From a virus (taxonomy: Duplodnaviria; Caudoviricetes): a DNA stretch of 44,947 nucleotides. This document shows positions 17,295 through 26,833 of the stretch, one piece after another (position 1 is the stretch's first letter; each line of letters begins with the position of its first letter). The notes below the pieces were generated by a model. It was not told the origin of the DNA. It made no database searches and saw only the letters and a program-made list of their open reading frames with translations. Made by a program: the position numbers and the translations under genes. The stretch is taken from the IMG/VR virus record IMGVR_UViG_3300033407_000034, positions 1-44,947 of that record; one strand, given 5' to 3'.

Positions 17295-19627
17295 CAGCCC
17301 ACGCTCGCAATCGGCAGCATCATCCGCTGGCGACGCCTGATCCCCTGTGACAACATCCTCAAGAACTCAGGATGCGTGTTCATCCGCCCGCCGCCCATGC
17401 CCTGCGCCATCTGCCGCTCCTGTCGCGCCGCCTGCGGCACGTTGTTGCCCGACTGCGGGCTGATACTGATCGTCTCAGGCTGGGCACCGGCCACCGCTAA
17501 CGGCCTGCCCGGTACAGGTCCACCGGGCCCAGGCTCCAGGTCGTAGATGCCTACCGGCCCTTGTGTCGTCATGCTCGCCCCACCGGCGTAGACGTTGGGG
17601 ACCGCCCCTACCTGATACGGGTTCTCAGGCTGTGGCGCAGACGGGCCTTGCGACCCGTCATTGAAGTTCCCCCGGTTCTCTTCCTGCTTCTTCAGTTTTG
17701 CCGCCTTGCCAAAGGGATCGAGGAACACGGAAGGGTGAGGAGAGCGCAGGGAGCCGTCCGGGTAACGGATCAGCCCTCCTTGCCGCTGTAGGCCGCCAGG
17801 GAGGACGTCCGGCCAGTAAAGGTGGTACTGCGAGTAGGGGATGTAGCCGCCCTCGTAGGTGAGGGGCATCTGCCGGTCGGTGTTTGGCTGGCGTGGCTCC
17901 CGTCCTCCACCGCCGAACAAGGCCATGAGCATTTCCATCAGCCCGCCGCTGCCACCACCGCCCATACCGCCTCCCATACCGCCGCCGACGTTCATACGGC
18001 CGCCTGGAGCAAAGCTAATCGGCGCCTCGCCGCCGACCCGGTAGGAGCCGTCTGTAGGCACGCCGAGCAGGTCGCCCAGCAGCCGGTTCTTTTCCGCCGA
18101 CTTCTGCTCCCTGAGGAAATCAAGGGAGTTTGCAACAGAAGCCGCCGTAGCGTTGGGCATCGCCCACTGTGCCTGCTGGTAAGCCTGAATGTCGAGCGCT
18201 TCCTGCAAGTCGTTCTGCATGTTCCCGGTCGGCCTGAAGCCGATCAGGGGCAGGATTTGGTCGATGAGCGTCTGCGGGTTGATGTGCTGGGTCATCGAGC
18301 CGCCACCGCCCGGTTGCCCGCCGGGAGCCGCCGTAACGAGGTTGAGGTCTTTTAGTTCGTTTGCTCCTGTGAAGGCGTTTCGTGTGTGAGTCGGGTATGC
18401 GCCGGGGCTGTCGCCAGTGATGCCGTACTGGTTGAAGATATCCTGGTAGCCCTGCCCGAGCGGATCTGGTTGTCCCGCCTGTGCTGGCTGCTGACTCGGG
18501 CCAACGTCATAGGGGTTGGCTTGTCCGCCGCCAGCCGATGTAGCACCGCCGCCCTGTGACTGCGCCGCTCGGCCGAGCGCACTCGTACCGGCGAGTATCT
18601 GGTCGAGCTTTGTGCTGCCTGAGCCGGTCGCGTTGGTTGGCGCCCCCGTGGGGCTCCAGGTGCCGTCCGGGTTCTTTGTGTATCTCTGGCCGTTGAGGGT
18701 CGCCGTACCTACGCCCATCTTGGCGCCGGCAACCTTCAGTTCTGCCTCAGATACGGCGCCCTGAGCCTTTGCAGCCGCCGTTGTACCTTCAGCCGCCCGC
18801 CAGCCGGAAAACTCAATCGTGGTGTTGCCGGTGATCGTGTCGGTGCGGGGCATGAAGATCGCGAAGTCGCCGACTTCAGGCACGAAGACCATGTAGCCGC
18901 CGCCGGGGATCGGGATCGCCCCTTCAGGCACACCGCCCGTTGGTTGCGTTGTCGAGCCTGCTGGACCCGCTGGCGTCTGGCTGCCTCCGATTACAGGAAA
19001 ACCAAACTCGTCTACTTCTTGTGTCATGGCGGGGGTGCCTCCTGAAGGCGTCGCGGGGACGCTTTTACCTTGTTGCGCTAGATACCACTGCCTTTCAGCA
19101 TCCGAAAGATATTCCGTTCCAGTGACCTGTGCATAAGTACGTCCTTCTGGCCCTGTCGGTGAAGCGAGGCCAGCACCGAAGCCTTGTTGTCCTGTTTGCT
19201 TGCTAATGTCGTTCGCCATCCCGGCGATCATGTTTGCCCAGTTCGGATCAGTGGCGTAACCCGCCTGGTTGATCCCCTTAAGCAAACCTTGCCAGTCGCC
19301 GGTCTGCTGAAACTGCTGATAGGCCGGAGCATAGCGGCCCTTGCTAATCAGGCCCATAAAGTGCTGGAACGCCTCATCTGGCGAGTTGTAAGCCGCGAAC
19401 TGGTCGTTGATGTTGACCCGCTGGCCGTTAACGATCTCATGCGTGGCGTAGGTGTTGGAGCCTGCCGTGCCGGTGCCCTTGATCCCGAAGTAAGAACCCG
19501 CGTTACCCCAGTTGGTTTCTGAGCCCATGATCGCCAGGAAGACCTGCGCGGGGATACCGGTCTCTTTAGCCCACTGCTCGGCATAGGGGAGCATCTGAGC
19601 GATGAAGGTTGTCTTGCGGTCAGGCAT
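17294..19627 (-). CDS. Virion-associated GH73 glucosaminidase/muramidase-domain protein (ejection protein candidate)
   Basis: IPAQVFLAIMGSETNWG, YFGIKG, THEIVNG, FAAYNSPDE and GYATDPNW are GH73/FlgJ-type motifs; the rest is G/Q-rich low complexity. Confidence 0.85.
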   Translation of the reverse strand: MPDRKTTFIAQMLPYAEQWAKETGIPAQVFLAIMGSETNWGNAGSYFGIKGTGTAGSNTYATHEIVNGQRVNINDQFAAYNSPDEAFQHFMGLISKGRYAPAYQQFQQTGDWQGLLKGINQAGYATDPNWANMIAGMANDISKQTGQQGFGAGLASPTGPEGRTYAQVTGTEYLSDAERQWYLAQQGKSVPATPSGGTPAMTQEVDEFGFPVIGGSQTPAGPAGSTTQPTGGVPEGAIPIPGGGYMVFVPEVGDFAIFMPRTDTITGNTTIEFSGWRAAEGTTAAAKAQGAVSEAELKVAGAKMGVGTATLNGQRYTKNPDGTWSPTGAPTNATGSGSTKLDQILAGTSALGRAAQSQGGGATSAGGGQANPYDVGPSQQPAQAGQPDPLGQGYQDIFNQYGITGDSPGAYPTHTRNAFTGANELKDLNLVTAAPGGQPGGGGSMTQHINPQTLIDQILPLIGFRPTGNMQNDLQEALDIQAYQQAQWAMPNATAASVANSLDFLREQKSAEKNRLLGDLLGVPTDGSYRVGGEAPISFAPGGRMNVGGGMGGGMGGGGSGGLMEMLMALFGGGGREPRQPNTDRQMPLTYEGGYIPYSQYHLYWPDVLPGGLQRQGGLIRYPDGSLRSPHPSVFLDPFGKAAKLKKQEENRGNFNDGSQGPSAPQPENPYQVGAVPNVYAGGASMTTQGPVGIYDLEPGPGGPVPGRPLAVAGAQPETISISPQSGNNVPQAARQERQMAQGMGGGRMNTHPEFLRMLSQGIRRRQRMMLPIASVG

Positions 19628-19642
19628 GGCGGGGAGCCCTCT

Positions 19643-19963
19643 TTACCTCTGACTTACCAGACACTCGTCGAGTAGCATCTGCAAACTTGCGGCACGCTTG
19701 GCAATGCTGTTTGTATCACCCTCCTGCAGGATGATTCCCACGATTCCGGTAGGAGCATCTAGAAACGCGCTCGCCTGCTGCCACTTCTCACAGGGGGTTG
19801 TAGAAGAAACCTGGAATCCAAACTCATCCTGTTCGGACGGCATCGCTATCGAAACGTTGAGGTTGTCTTTGTCGAAAACAGCGAAGGCGCCGAAGGCTAT
19901 GGCTGCGCCAAGAAAGCCACCAATGACAAGCCCAACGAGACTATTAAACAAGGATGAACGCAT
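19643..19963 (-). CDS. Membrane-anchored small protein (moron-like)
   Basis: GGGAGG RBS, N-terminal TM helix, two Cys; lies between two virion genes. Confidence 0.65.
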   Translation of the reverse strand: MRSSLFNSLVGLVIGGFLGAAIAFGAFAVFDKDNLNVSIAMPSEQDEFGFQVSSTTPCEKWQQASAFLDAPTGIVGIILQEGDTNSIAKRAASLQMLLDECLVSQR

Positions 19964-19977
19964 GACTTCCCCTCCCA

Positions 19978-22900
19978 TTAGCGGGAACTCCGTAACGGCG
20001 GGGTTGTCATCGTGACACCGTTCTCTTTTGCCCATGCTATGACCATCGCCTGCGCCGTGGGCGAAATGACGGTATCGACGTACCCGTAAATGTACAGCAA
20101 TGCGTCTGCCTTCGGGTCTTGATAGCGCAACGCCGCCGACTGGTCAGAGAGGCGCCCGTCTATGGCCCCTTTGAGCTTCTGAGCCATCGCGTAATCAGGG
20201 CTCGCCCGATCTTCGGCTGCCTTCGAGAGATCGTTATAGGTGGCGTACTTACTGGCCGGGGAGCCGGGAGCGGCAGTCTTGACCAGTTCGAGGTATTGCT
20301 CGTCACGCTTGTCCCAATAAGCCTCGGTCAGGTACGTCCGCGCCGCCTTGAGCTTGGCGTAGTTCGGGTCGGCCGAAGTCTGGAGGTTAGCGTCTAGCGC
20401 ATCAAGCGCAGCTGGGGAAAGGGTAGCCCGGAACTCGGCATCGAGCCGATCTCGCAACTCGTAGTCCTTGCCCGCCTCGTCCATCTTGTTGAAGTACGCC
20501 TGCATCAGCTTCTGGTCGGGGCTGTAAGCAGCCGGATCTTGCCCCTTCGATTCCTGGTCAAAACGGATTCTTGCCTCGTTTGCGGCATCCGTGAGGGCAG
20601 CGCGATAGTCGGCGCCGTTGCCCGTAGCCTGAAAGTTCGCCCACGCGGCCGTCCTTGCTTCCGTCTGCGCTTGCGAGATCGCGCCGAAAGCTGAGTCACT
20701 AGCCTCGTTGCGGGCCTCTGTAATCGCGGCGATCTCGGGGTACTTCGCAGTAATCGCGTTCTTCTGCGCCGCCGATAGCTCACGCCAGGACGTAACAACC
20801 TTGCCGTCAAGGTTGGTGCGTTCCGACTCAGGTACGTTCTTCAACGCGTTGTTCAGTTGCTCTGCTGCCGCTGGCGGGTAATCCAGTGTCCCGAAGCCAA
20901 CGGCGCCGAAAGGAACCGAGGCGAGATAGCCCGGCGTTCCAAGAGAAGAGAAGGCACGATCGCCCAACAGCGCTTCGACCACATCGCCAGCAATGAAGGG
21001 GACAAACATATCTGCGACTCGGGCAGCGTTTAGGTCGAACGGCTCACCGATCGCGTTCTCACCGACCAGCGCATCGACGATGAGCGCCGCAGCCGGAGCT
21101 TGCTTGTTTCGGAAGAACTTGAGCACTTCATCCCTGAGGTTTGACGGGTAGATGTCACCACCAGCGCTCTTGAGGTCGCCTGTGGCGATACGCGCTGCCA
21201 TTCTGACCATCGGCGAGAAGCCCGCCCATGGGTCGATACGCGTGTTCCCGATCCTCAGCTTGCCCCAATCGGTCGAACGCGGGTCCATCTCCACCGACCA
21301 GAGACCCGTTGCCGTGCCCATCGCCCCCAGTAGCCCCAGGGTCGTCAGGTCACCCGCTGCCATTGCAGCCAGGTTCTTGGCGGCCAGTTGCCGCGCTGAC
21401 GGCTCAAGCAGACTGCCAGGTTGCAAGATCGGGTCAATCAGGGTTTGGAAACGGGCTACGAAGTTACGGCCCGAGAAGAACGCGTTAACGCCTCTGGCGA
21501 GCTGGCCGACCGTGAAGTCGCCATAGCCCCGCGCATGGTTGATGACCTTCGCCAGCGCTTCATATTGAGCGATGTCGCGCACACCGGCATCCCACATAGC
21601 CTGAGCCGTCTTTTCGTACACACGTAGTCCCTGCTCGTTGAGGAACGTAGAGTAGGCCCGCTGTGAGGCATCGACGCCGGGAATGGACTGGATGAACTGC
21701 GATACGTGGGAGCGGTTGAGACCGGCAAAGCCGCCAGGGCGCTCCAGTGCGTCGGTCAGGCTGTTCGGGTCGTATATCTTGCCGCCGACTTCCTCGAAGC
21801 CAAAGCCTGCACGATCTCCCGTTGCTCGCATCCAGGGCGAGTTGTCGATATAGCGAGCCGAATCGGCCAGTCCCTGCTCGCTGCCGAACGCCTTGATCAT
21901 CGGCCGCCAGGCCCGTTTCCACTCTGCTGGATTCGACCAGCCAAGCATCTGTCCCTGACGGAACGGCGCCGATAGGTCGAATGACGCCTTCAGCGCCTGT
22001 GGCGCACCGAGTACGCCGACGATCTCATCCCATACCTTCGCGCCTAGGCCGCGCTTATCAGTCACCGCCTGAACGAGGAACTTGCCCTCTTCGGCAAAGG
22101 CTTTCCGCAAGGCGTTGAGTCGCGAAGGCTCGGGAATGCGACCACTGAACAGGTCTTGTAGCGCCTGCTCCGCGTTGATCTTCTCGTAGAACTGGAGTGG
22201 CGAAGTCCTGATCGTTTCCAAGAGTTGCGTTGTGTCCTCTGGCGTAATCGTTGGTACGGCAAAGTCTGGCCGGGCAAAGCCGCCAGCGAGAGCACCACGC
22301 GCCCTACCGAACGCCTCTGGCCCCTGTCCACGCTCAAGAGCACTGGCGCCTCTGGCGGTACGTTGCGCCCGCTGCTGGGCAAACATCGCCCGCTGCTCGG
22401 GAGTGACCTTGCCAGCGTTCCTGATCGCTTGCGTGAGCTTCTGGAGCGGTGACGTGTCCCCCGGCCCTGTTACCGCTCCCGGTGCTCCTGGTACATCAGG
22501 AGGGCCGCCAGCAGCCTGTACGGGCGCTAGGGAGGACGGCGCTATTCCCGCCGGAACCTCCCCTAACGCCTCGTCTGCCTGACGCATTACGGCCCAGTTG
22601 AAGCCGTCAAACGTCTCGTTCGACATCACGTCATGGATGCGCTCTAGTTCCTCAAGGTGAGCCTTGTTTCTCACACCGGCCCCTGGTTGCCGCGAAAGCA
22701 GCCAGCCCACGTCATCGAACGCCTGCGCGGCATCGTTCGGGTTGGCCTTGAGCACGTCCAGCACTTCGCGCTGTGCATCGAGCTTGCCCCATTCGGCAAA
22801 CTTGCCCTTCGGCTCCTGAGCGATCTCGCTCCAGCGGGAGACAACTACGGGCTCGTCAGGGATGCCGAGTGCCTTCGGGTCGAATGCCATCCCCTCACCC

Positions 22901-23994
22901 ACGGCCCGCATCTCGTCGTTAACCGGCATAGCCTCACGGAAGATTCGGCCGGTGTCGGGACGGAGGCCGCCCAACGGCTCGTTGCCGAGGTTGGCATTAG
23001 CGGCCGCTACGTCCGCCTGAGACTGACCGCCGTACATACGCGGTCGGTGTGGCGTAGCAAAAGTGTTGCCCGGCTGGAAGTCTGCCGCACCGACGATCCC
23101 CCGCTGCAGGTTCGCCACGTCTCCCGCTACACCCGGGCTCTCAGGGAATTTCCTCGCCGCCGCCCTGCTCGCAGCACCGGGCAACGATGCAAGGTCGTCT
23201 ACGGCCCCTAGCCCCGGCGCGCTCAGTCGCCGCACGCCACGCGCCACGTCACCAGCCAGCCCGATAGGCGTCGCCTCCAGGGCCACGTCACCCAGCGTTA
23301 CCGGCACAACCGCCTCACCCACCGCACCGGCTATCTCTCCCGCGCTAGGCAGCCCTGCAAGGCTCAGGAGACGGTTTATGTCCGCTACTCCCGGCAACAC
23401 GGCAGGCGCTACCCGGTCACCAAGAAACTCCAGGCCCTCTCCCACCAGCGGACGGGCGGCACGGGCGAGGTCGGAATACAGGGGTATGTCTGAACCGGCA
23501 ACATCCAACGCTGCTCTGCCGAGGATCGCTTCAGGCGCTTCGGTTGCTTCCCATCCCTGACTCGGCTCCGGCAGCCCGGCTATCGCCCGCTGCGCTTCGT
23601 TCATCCCCTCCGTGCTCACCGGCGGTGGTTCGTTCGCGGCAAGGAATGCGCCGAGGATCGACCCCAGGTTCGTACCGCCGTTCTGTGACGCATAGCTCGT
23701 GTTATCAGCCCACAGCGGGTCTAAGGTCGGTGTCTGAACGCTCGTAGGCGCCGAGATTCCGTGATTCACGGTCGTGTTCGGCATGACGATCTCAGGCAAG
23801 GCAGAGGCATACGGGTTTGCCGAGGTTACCGGGTTGTAGACGGTCTCCGGCGTCCAGTTGAACATCGAGTTGATCGTGCTCATCAGCGAGCTTGTACCGC
23901 CCGCCTGCTGCTCTAGCTGGTTGCCGAGCGCAACCGTACCGCCAAGCACAGGGGCTTGCGTGGCGTAGAAGGACTCCCACGACTCAAGAGTCAC
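19978..23994 (-). CDS. Large internal virion/ejection protein
   Basis: 1338 aa, helical; DLSAPFRQG and DPRSTDWGKLRIGNTRIDPWAGF motifs recalled from podovirus-like internal proteins. Confidence 0.7.
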   Translation of the reverse strand: MTLESWESFYATQAPVLGGTVALGNQLEQQAGGTSSLMSTINSMFNWTPETVYNPVTSANPYASALPEIVMPNTTVNHGISAPTSVQTPTLDPLWADNTSYASQNGGTNLGSILGAFLAANEPPPVSTEGMNEAQRAIAGLPEPSQGWEATEAPEAILGRAALDVAGSDIPLYSDLARAARPLVGEGLEFLGDRVAPAVLPGVADINRLLSLAGLPSAGEIAGAVGEAVVPVTLGDVALEATPIGLAGDVARGVRRLSAPGLGAVDDLASLPGAASRAAARKFPESPGVAGDVANLQRGIVGAADFQPGNTFATPHRPRMYGGQSQADVAAANANLGNEPLGGLRPDTGRIFREAMPVNDEMRAVGEGMAFDPKALGIPDEPVVVSRWSEIAQEPKGKFAEWGKLDAQREVLDVLKANPNDAAQAFDDVGWLLSRQPGAGVRNKAHLEELERIHDVMSNETFDGFNWAVMRQADEALGEVPAGIAPSSLAPVQAAGGPPDVPGAPGAVTGPGDTSPLQKLTQAIRNAGKVTPEQRAMFAQQRAQRTARGASALERGQGPEAFGRARGALAGGFARPDFAVPTITPEDTTQLLETIRTSPLQFYEKINAEQALQDLFSGRIPEPSRLNALRKAFAEEGKFLVQAVTDKRGLGAKVWDEIVGVLGAPQALKASFDLSAPFRQGQMLGWSNPAEWKRAWRPMIKAFGSEQGLADSARYIDNSPWMRATGDRAGFGFEEVGGKIYDPNSLTDALERPGGFAGLNRSHVSQFIQSIPGVDASQRAYSTFLNEQGLRVYEKTAQAMWDAGVRDIAQYEALAKVINHARGYGDFTVGQLARGVNAFFSGRNFVARFQTLIDPILQPGSLLEPSARQLAAKNLAAMAAGDLTTLGLLGAMGTATGLWSVEMDPRSTDWGKLRIGNTRIDPWAGFSPMVRMAARIATGDLKSAGGDIYPSNLRDEVLKFFRNKQAPAAALIVDALVGENAIGEPFDLNAARVADMFVPFIAGDVVEALLGDRAFSSLGTPGYLASVPFGAVGFGTLDYPPAAAEQLNNALKNVPESERTNLDGKVVTSWRELSAAQKNAITAKYPEIAAITEARNEASDSAFGAISQAQTEARTAAWANFQATGNGADYRAALTDAANEARIRFDQESKGQDPAAYSPDQKLMQAYFNKMDEAGKDYELRDRLDAEFRATLSPAALDALDANLQTSADPNYAKLKAARTYLTEAYWDKRDEQYLELVKTAAPGSPASKYATYNDLSKAAEDRASPDYAMAQKLKGAIDGRLSDQSAALRYQDPKADALLYIYGYVDTVISPTAQAMVIAWAKENGVTMTTPPLRSSR

Positions 23995-24464
23995 GCTCGT
24001 CTCCCGTATTCCTTCTGCAGTCGTCCGTACTCAGCAAGCAGGTCAGCCGTAGCCCGGCCATCGAGCTGCAGCATCGAGAGCCGAGTTGCTATGACCTCTG
24101 GCGACTGCTCGACCATCTGTCCGATCTGTTGCATCTGCTCGGGTGTCAGGAGAGACGGATCGGTTATGCCCATCGTCAAGAGGATCTGCTGAGCGACCGC
24201 CTGCCGTGCCGCTGGCGTGTTCGGGCCATCGATGGCAGGCCGAGTCACCCATTCCAATACGGGTTCGTTAGCCATGAAGATGGCGAGCTTCTGACGAGGT
24301 GGAAGCTCTTCCCATCCGCCGAACGCCGATTCGGTATGCTTCGTGACTTGAGCCTCATAGTCCTTCACCAGGTCCATGTAGTGACCAAAGCTCTTTTCAC
24401 GCTCGTCACGGTCACTCCAGGCGTACAACACAGGCAAAGGCGGCAGCATCTGCTCCTGGGTCAT
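23991..24464 (-). CDS. Hypothetical virion-assembly protein
   Basis: Coupled ORF, helical. Confidence 0.65.
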   Translation of the reverse strand: MTQEQMLPPLPVLYAWSDRDEREKSFGHYMDLVKDYEAQVTKHTESAFGGWEELPPRQKLAIFMANEPVLEWVTRPAIDGPNTPAARQAVAQQILLTMGITDPSLLTPEQMQQIGQMVEQSPEVIATRLSMLQLDGRATADLLAEYGRLQKEYGRRA

Positions 24465-24688
24465 GACGTAGGCTCCTGTGCCTCACAGACATATCGTTCC
24501 GCGTCAGGGACAGTCCAGCCCAGGTAAGCTGTGTACGTCTGCGGCTGCCAGTTAGCCGCCCGCGCCAGCTCCCTGAAGTCCCATGGCGAAGCTACGTCTT
24601 TCCCATCCCAGACGCATTCCTCCCATTGTTCGCGGGTTTCCTCGATCGCTTCGTTAGTCACATCTTTCACCCTGGGTTGAAACTTCAT
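24461..24688 (-). CDS. Hypothetical protein
   Basis: ATGA-coupled to the portal gene. Confidence 0.6.
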   Translation of the reverse strand: MKFQPRVKDVTNEAIEETREQWEECVWDGKDVASPWDFRELARAANWQPQTYTAYLGWTVPDAERYVCEAQEPTS

Positions 24689-26643
24689 GGCGTCACGCTC
24701 CTGCTCGCACTACTGCTCCCAACACCACCAACTTCAGGGCTGCCCATGCGATAAGGCCCCGTTCCCATGTCCTGACCCTCGCCGTCGACAAACTCAGGCT
24801 GTACACCCGCCGCTGCCAGCAACTCAGCCGGGTCTCTGCCATCTCTCGCGGCGATGTACTTCAGCCGTAGCTGCCTCGCCTCGGTCATGATCGCCGGCGC
24901 CTCAGCCTGGAACAGCGCCTCCGCGTTCTTCTTGACGATGAAGTCGCTAACGTCTTCGATCCCCTGCAGCTCCAGATACTCACGTTCAAGGATCGACCCG
25001 GCCGCCTTGCGCTCTATCGCCTCCTGACGCCTTGCGCTTCGTGACGCCGCCGAGTTGTCTACCGAAGCAATCGTCCGCGTGTACTCGCCGTCGAGGTCTT
25101 GGGCGGTGATCTGGTAAGGCGTGCCTCGTTTGACCACCTGCCCCTTGACCTTCTCCTGCCCGGTCGCCAGGAACTCGTAATCCCAGTCGGCTTCCGACCG
25201 TCCGTCACCCGACTTACGGTGCGAGTTGAGCTTGTTCTTTCGCGCGTAGCGGATCATGTCCAGGCACTTGCCCCAGAGGTTGGCCTCTGAACGCTCCGCC
25301 CAGCCGCCCATCTTGTTGTTCTCCGAGAGCTGCGCCAGCACGGTCGTACTTGGGATCGAGCCGAGGCGCTGGCTGGCGTCGGCGTCGGTAAGCAACGAGT
25401 TAGGCGATGTCTTCTGCTCCCAGTTCTGCAAGACGCCGAAGAGCTTGTCGGCCGTAGGGTCAACAGGAGACTGAACGTAGCTGAACTTGCCCATCGTCAC
25501 GATCGGGATCGGCATGCCCGTCGTGGAGTCGTACTTCATCTCGATACCGGGCGGCTGCTGCTCTGCCTCGATTAACGCCTTGCCTACCTCTGCCGGTAGC
25601 TCATTGGTAGGCCAGCCGCCGTTTGCCACCTGAGATGCCCAGTTGCTCATGATGATCGACTCGGCATGCATGGTGTTAACGAGACTCGCCAGCATGGGAG
25701 CCCTGCGATACGCAACCTCCTCATGCGGGTAGTACACCCCTTCGGCCAGCAAGAGCGGCACCTGGCCAAAGGGGTTGTCGTACTTCTCTTCGCCGGCTCC
25801 CCTGTACCGCTGCGTCTTGTCCTTGAGCTTCGATTCCTCCATGTCGACGTAATGGCAAATCTTCCCGGCATCGGCGTACAGGCAAACATCGATCATCTGC
25901 GACCAGCGGTCCTTAGACCCGGTGTAGGGCTGCGCTTCGTCGGCGGCGAGGAAGCCGTAATGCTCGTTGAAAATCTTCAGCATCTTCTCAGGGTTCTCAC
26001 GCCTGCCGTCGGTATACCGCTCCATGAAGTCAACTAACGGCAACTTGAACCGCCTGGCCAGCGATGTAGGATCCCGGCCGTGCTCGGTCCAGGCAATCGT
26101 CTGCGTGTGCGCGTCGACCAGCTTGAAGGGGAACCAGCCCTTACGTGCCTTCTCAAACCGGGCGTTGTAGTCCGCCTGTGACTCGCCCCTGCCCTGCTCG
26201 GGGTCGATGAAGTCCTGCATCTCCAAGACTCCAGCCCAGAACATGCTCATCACCTGGGCGATGTGGATGCTCTCACGGTGGAAACCGAAGGGGTCAAGCA
26301 TGATCAGGTCGTGCGCCTCGGCAACCTCCATCTTGTCGGCCGCGGTCTCCTCCCGCTTCAGCGTGCCGACCGGCTCCAGGTGCAACGTCAGGTCGTTACG
26401 CAGCCCTGCTACTCGCTCGTTGATGTAGTGGCCCAAGGTGACCGGCGGCATGGCGATCTTGTTGCGGAAGATCGGGTTGACCGTGACCGCGTAGTCGTAA
26501 CGAGCCTGGATGATGTCTGCCAGCGTCGCCATGCGAGCACGCAGGGTCGTTGGCGGTACGCCTCCCTTTGGTGCTGAGGTCATGGGGGAACCGAAGGGCC
26601 GTTCGATCTCCTCGATCAGTTGGGTGATCTCTTCGCCTGCCAT
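24685..26643 (-). CDS. Portal protein
   Basis: 652 aa downstream of TerL; YDNPFGQVPLLL motif; helical composition. Confidence 0.85.
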   Translation of the reverse strand: MAGEEITQLIEEIERPFGSPMTSAPKGGVPPTTLRARMATLADIIQARYDYAVTVNPIFRNKIAMPPVTLGHYINERVAGLRNDLTLHLEPVGTLKREETAADKMEVAEAHDLIMLDPFGFHRESIHIAQVMSMFWAGVLEMQDFIDPEQGRGESQADYNARFEKARKGWFPFKLVDAHTQTIAWTEHGRDPTSLARRFKLPLVDFMERYTDGRRENPEKMLKIFNEHYGFLAADEAQPYTGSKDRWSQMIDVCLYADAGKICHYVDMEESKLKDKTQRYRGAGEEKYDNPFGQVPLLLAEGVYYPHEEVAYRRAPMLASLVNTMHAESIIMSNWASQVANGGWPTNELPAEVGKALIEAEQQPPGIEMKYDSTTGMPIPIVTMGKFSYVQSPVDPTADKLFGVLQNWEQKTSPNSLLTDADASQRLGSIPSTTVLAQLSENNKMGGWAERSEANLWGKCLDMIRYARKNKLNSHRKSGDGRSEADWDYEFLATGQEKVKGQVVKRGTPYQITAQDLDGEYTRTIASVDNSAASRSARRQEAIERKAAGSILEREYLELQGIEDVSDFIVKKNAEALFQAEAPAIMTEARQLRLKYIAARDGRDPAELLAAAGVQPEFVDGEGQDMGTGPYRMGSPEVGGVGSSSASRSVTP

Positions 26644-26656
26644 CAGATGCCCGCCT

Positions 26657-26833
26657 TCATTTCCGTAGCCCTAGTTCACGCTCACGCCGATCCCAGTCGT
26701 ACCGCTTCCCAATACCCTCTTCGGTAATCACTGTTTCACGTGAAACATATGTTTCAGGCATCGCCATGCCCGCGTGAGGCTCGTTCAGCCAGTGACGCTT
26801 GCCGCAGAGTTTGCACTTCGGCGCATCGACCAT
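26657..26833 (-). CDS. Small CxxC-H-H protein that encodes the parS palindrome
   Basis: MVDAPKCKLCGKRHWLNEPH...YVSRETV...; ATG overlaps the TerL stop. Confidence 0.65.
   Translation of the reverse strand: MVDAPKCKLCGKRHWLNEPHAGMAMPETYVSRETVITEEGIGKRYDWDRRERELGLRK
26732..26747. promoter_or_regulatory. parS: parS centromere site
   Basis: Perfect TGTTTCACGTGAAACA, the canonical chromosomal ParB/Spo0J site. Confidence 0.85.

Noticed and set aside
19978-23994. Tape measure protein
   Set aside because: No adjacent tail tube or chaperone genes and no periodic TMP pattern; better read as an internal virion protein.
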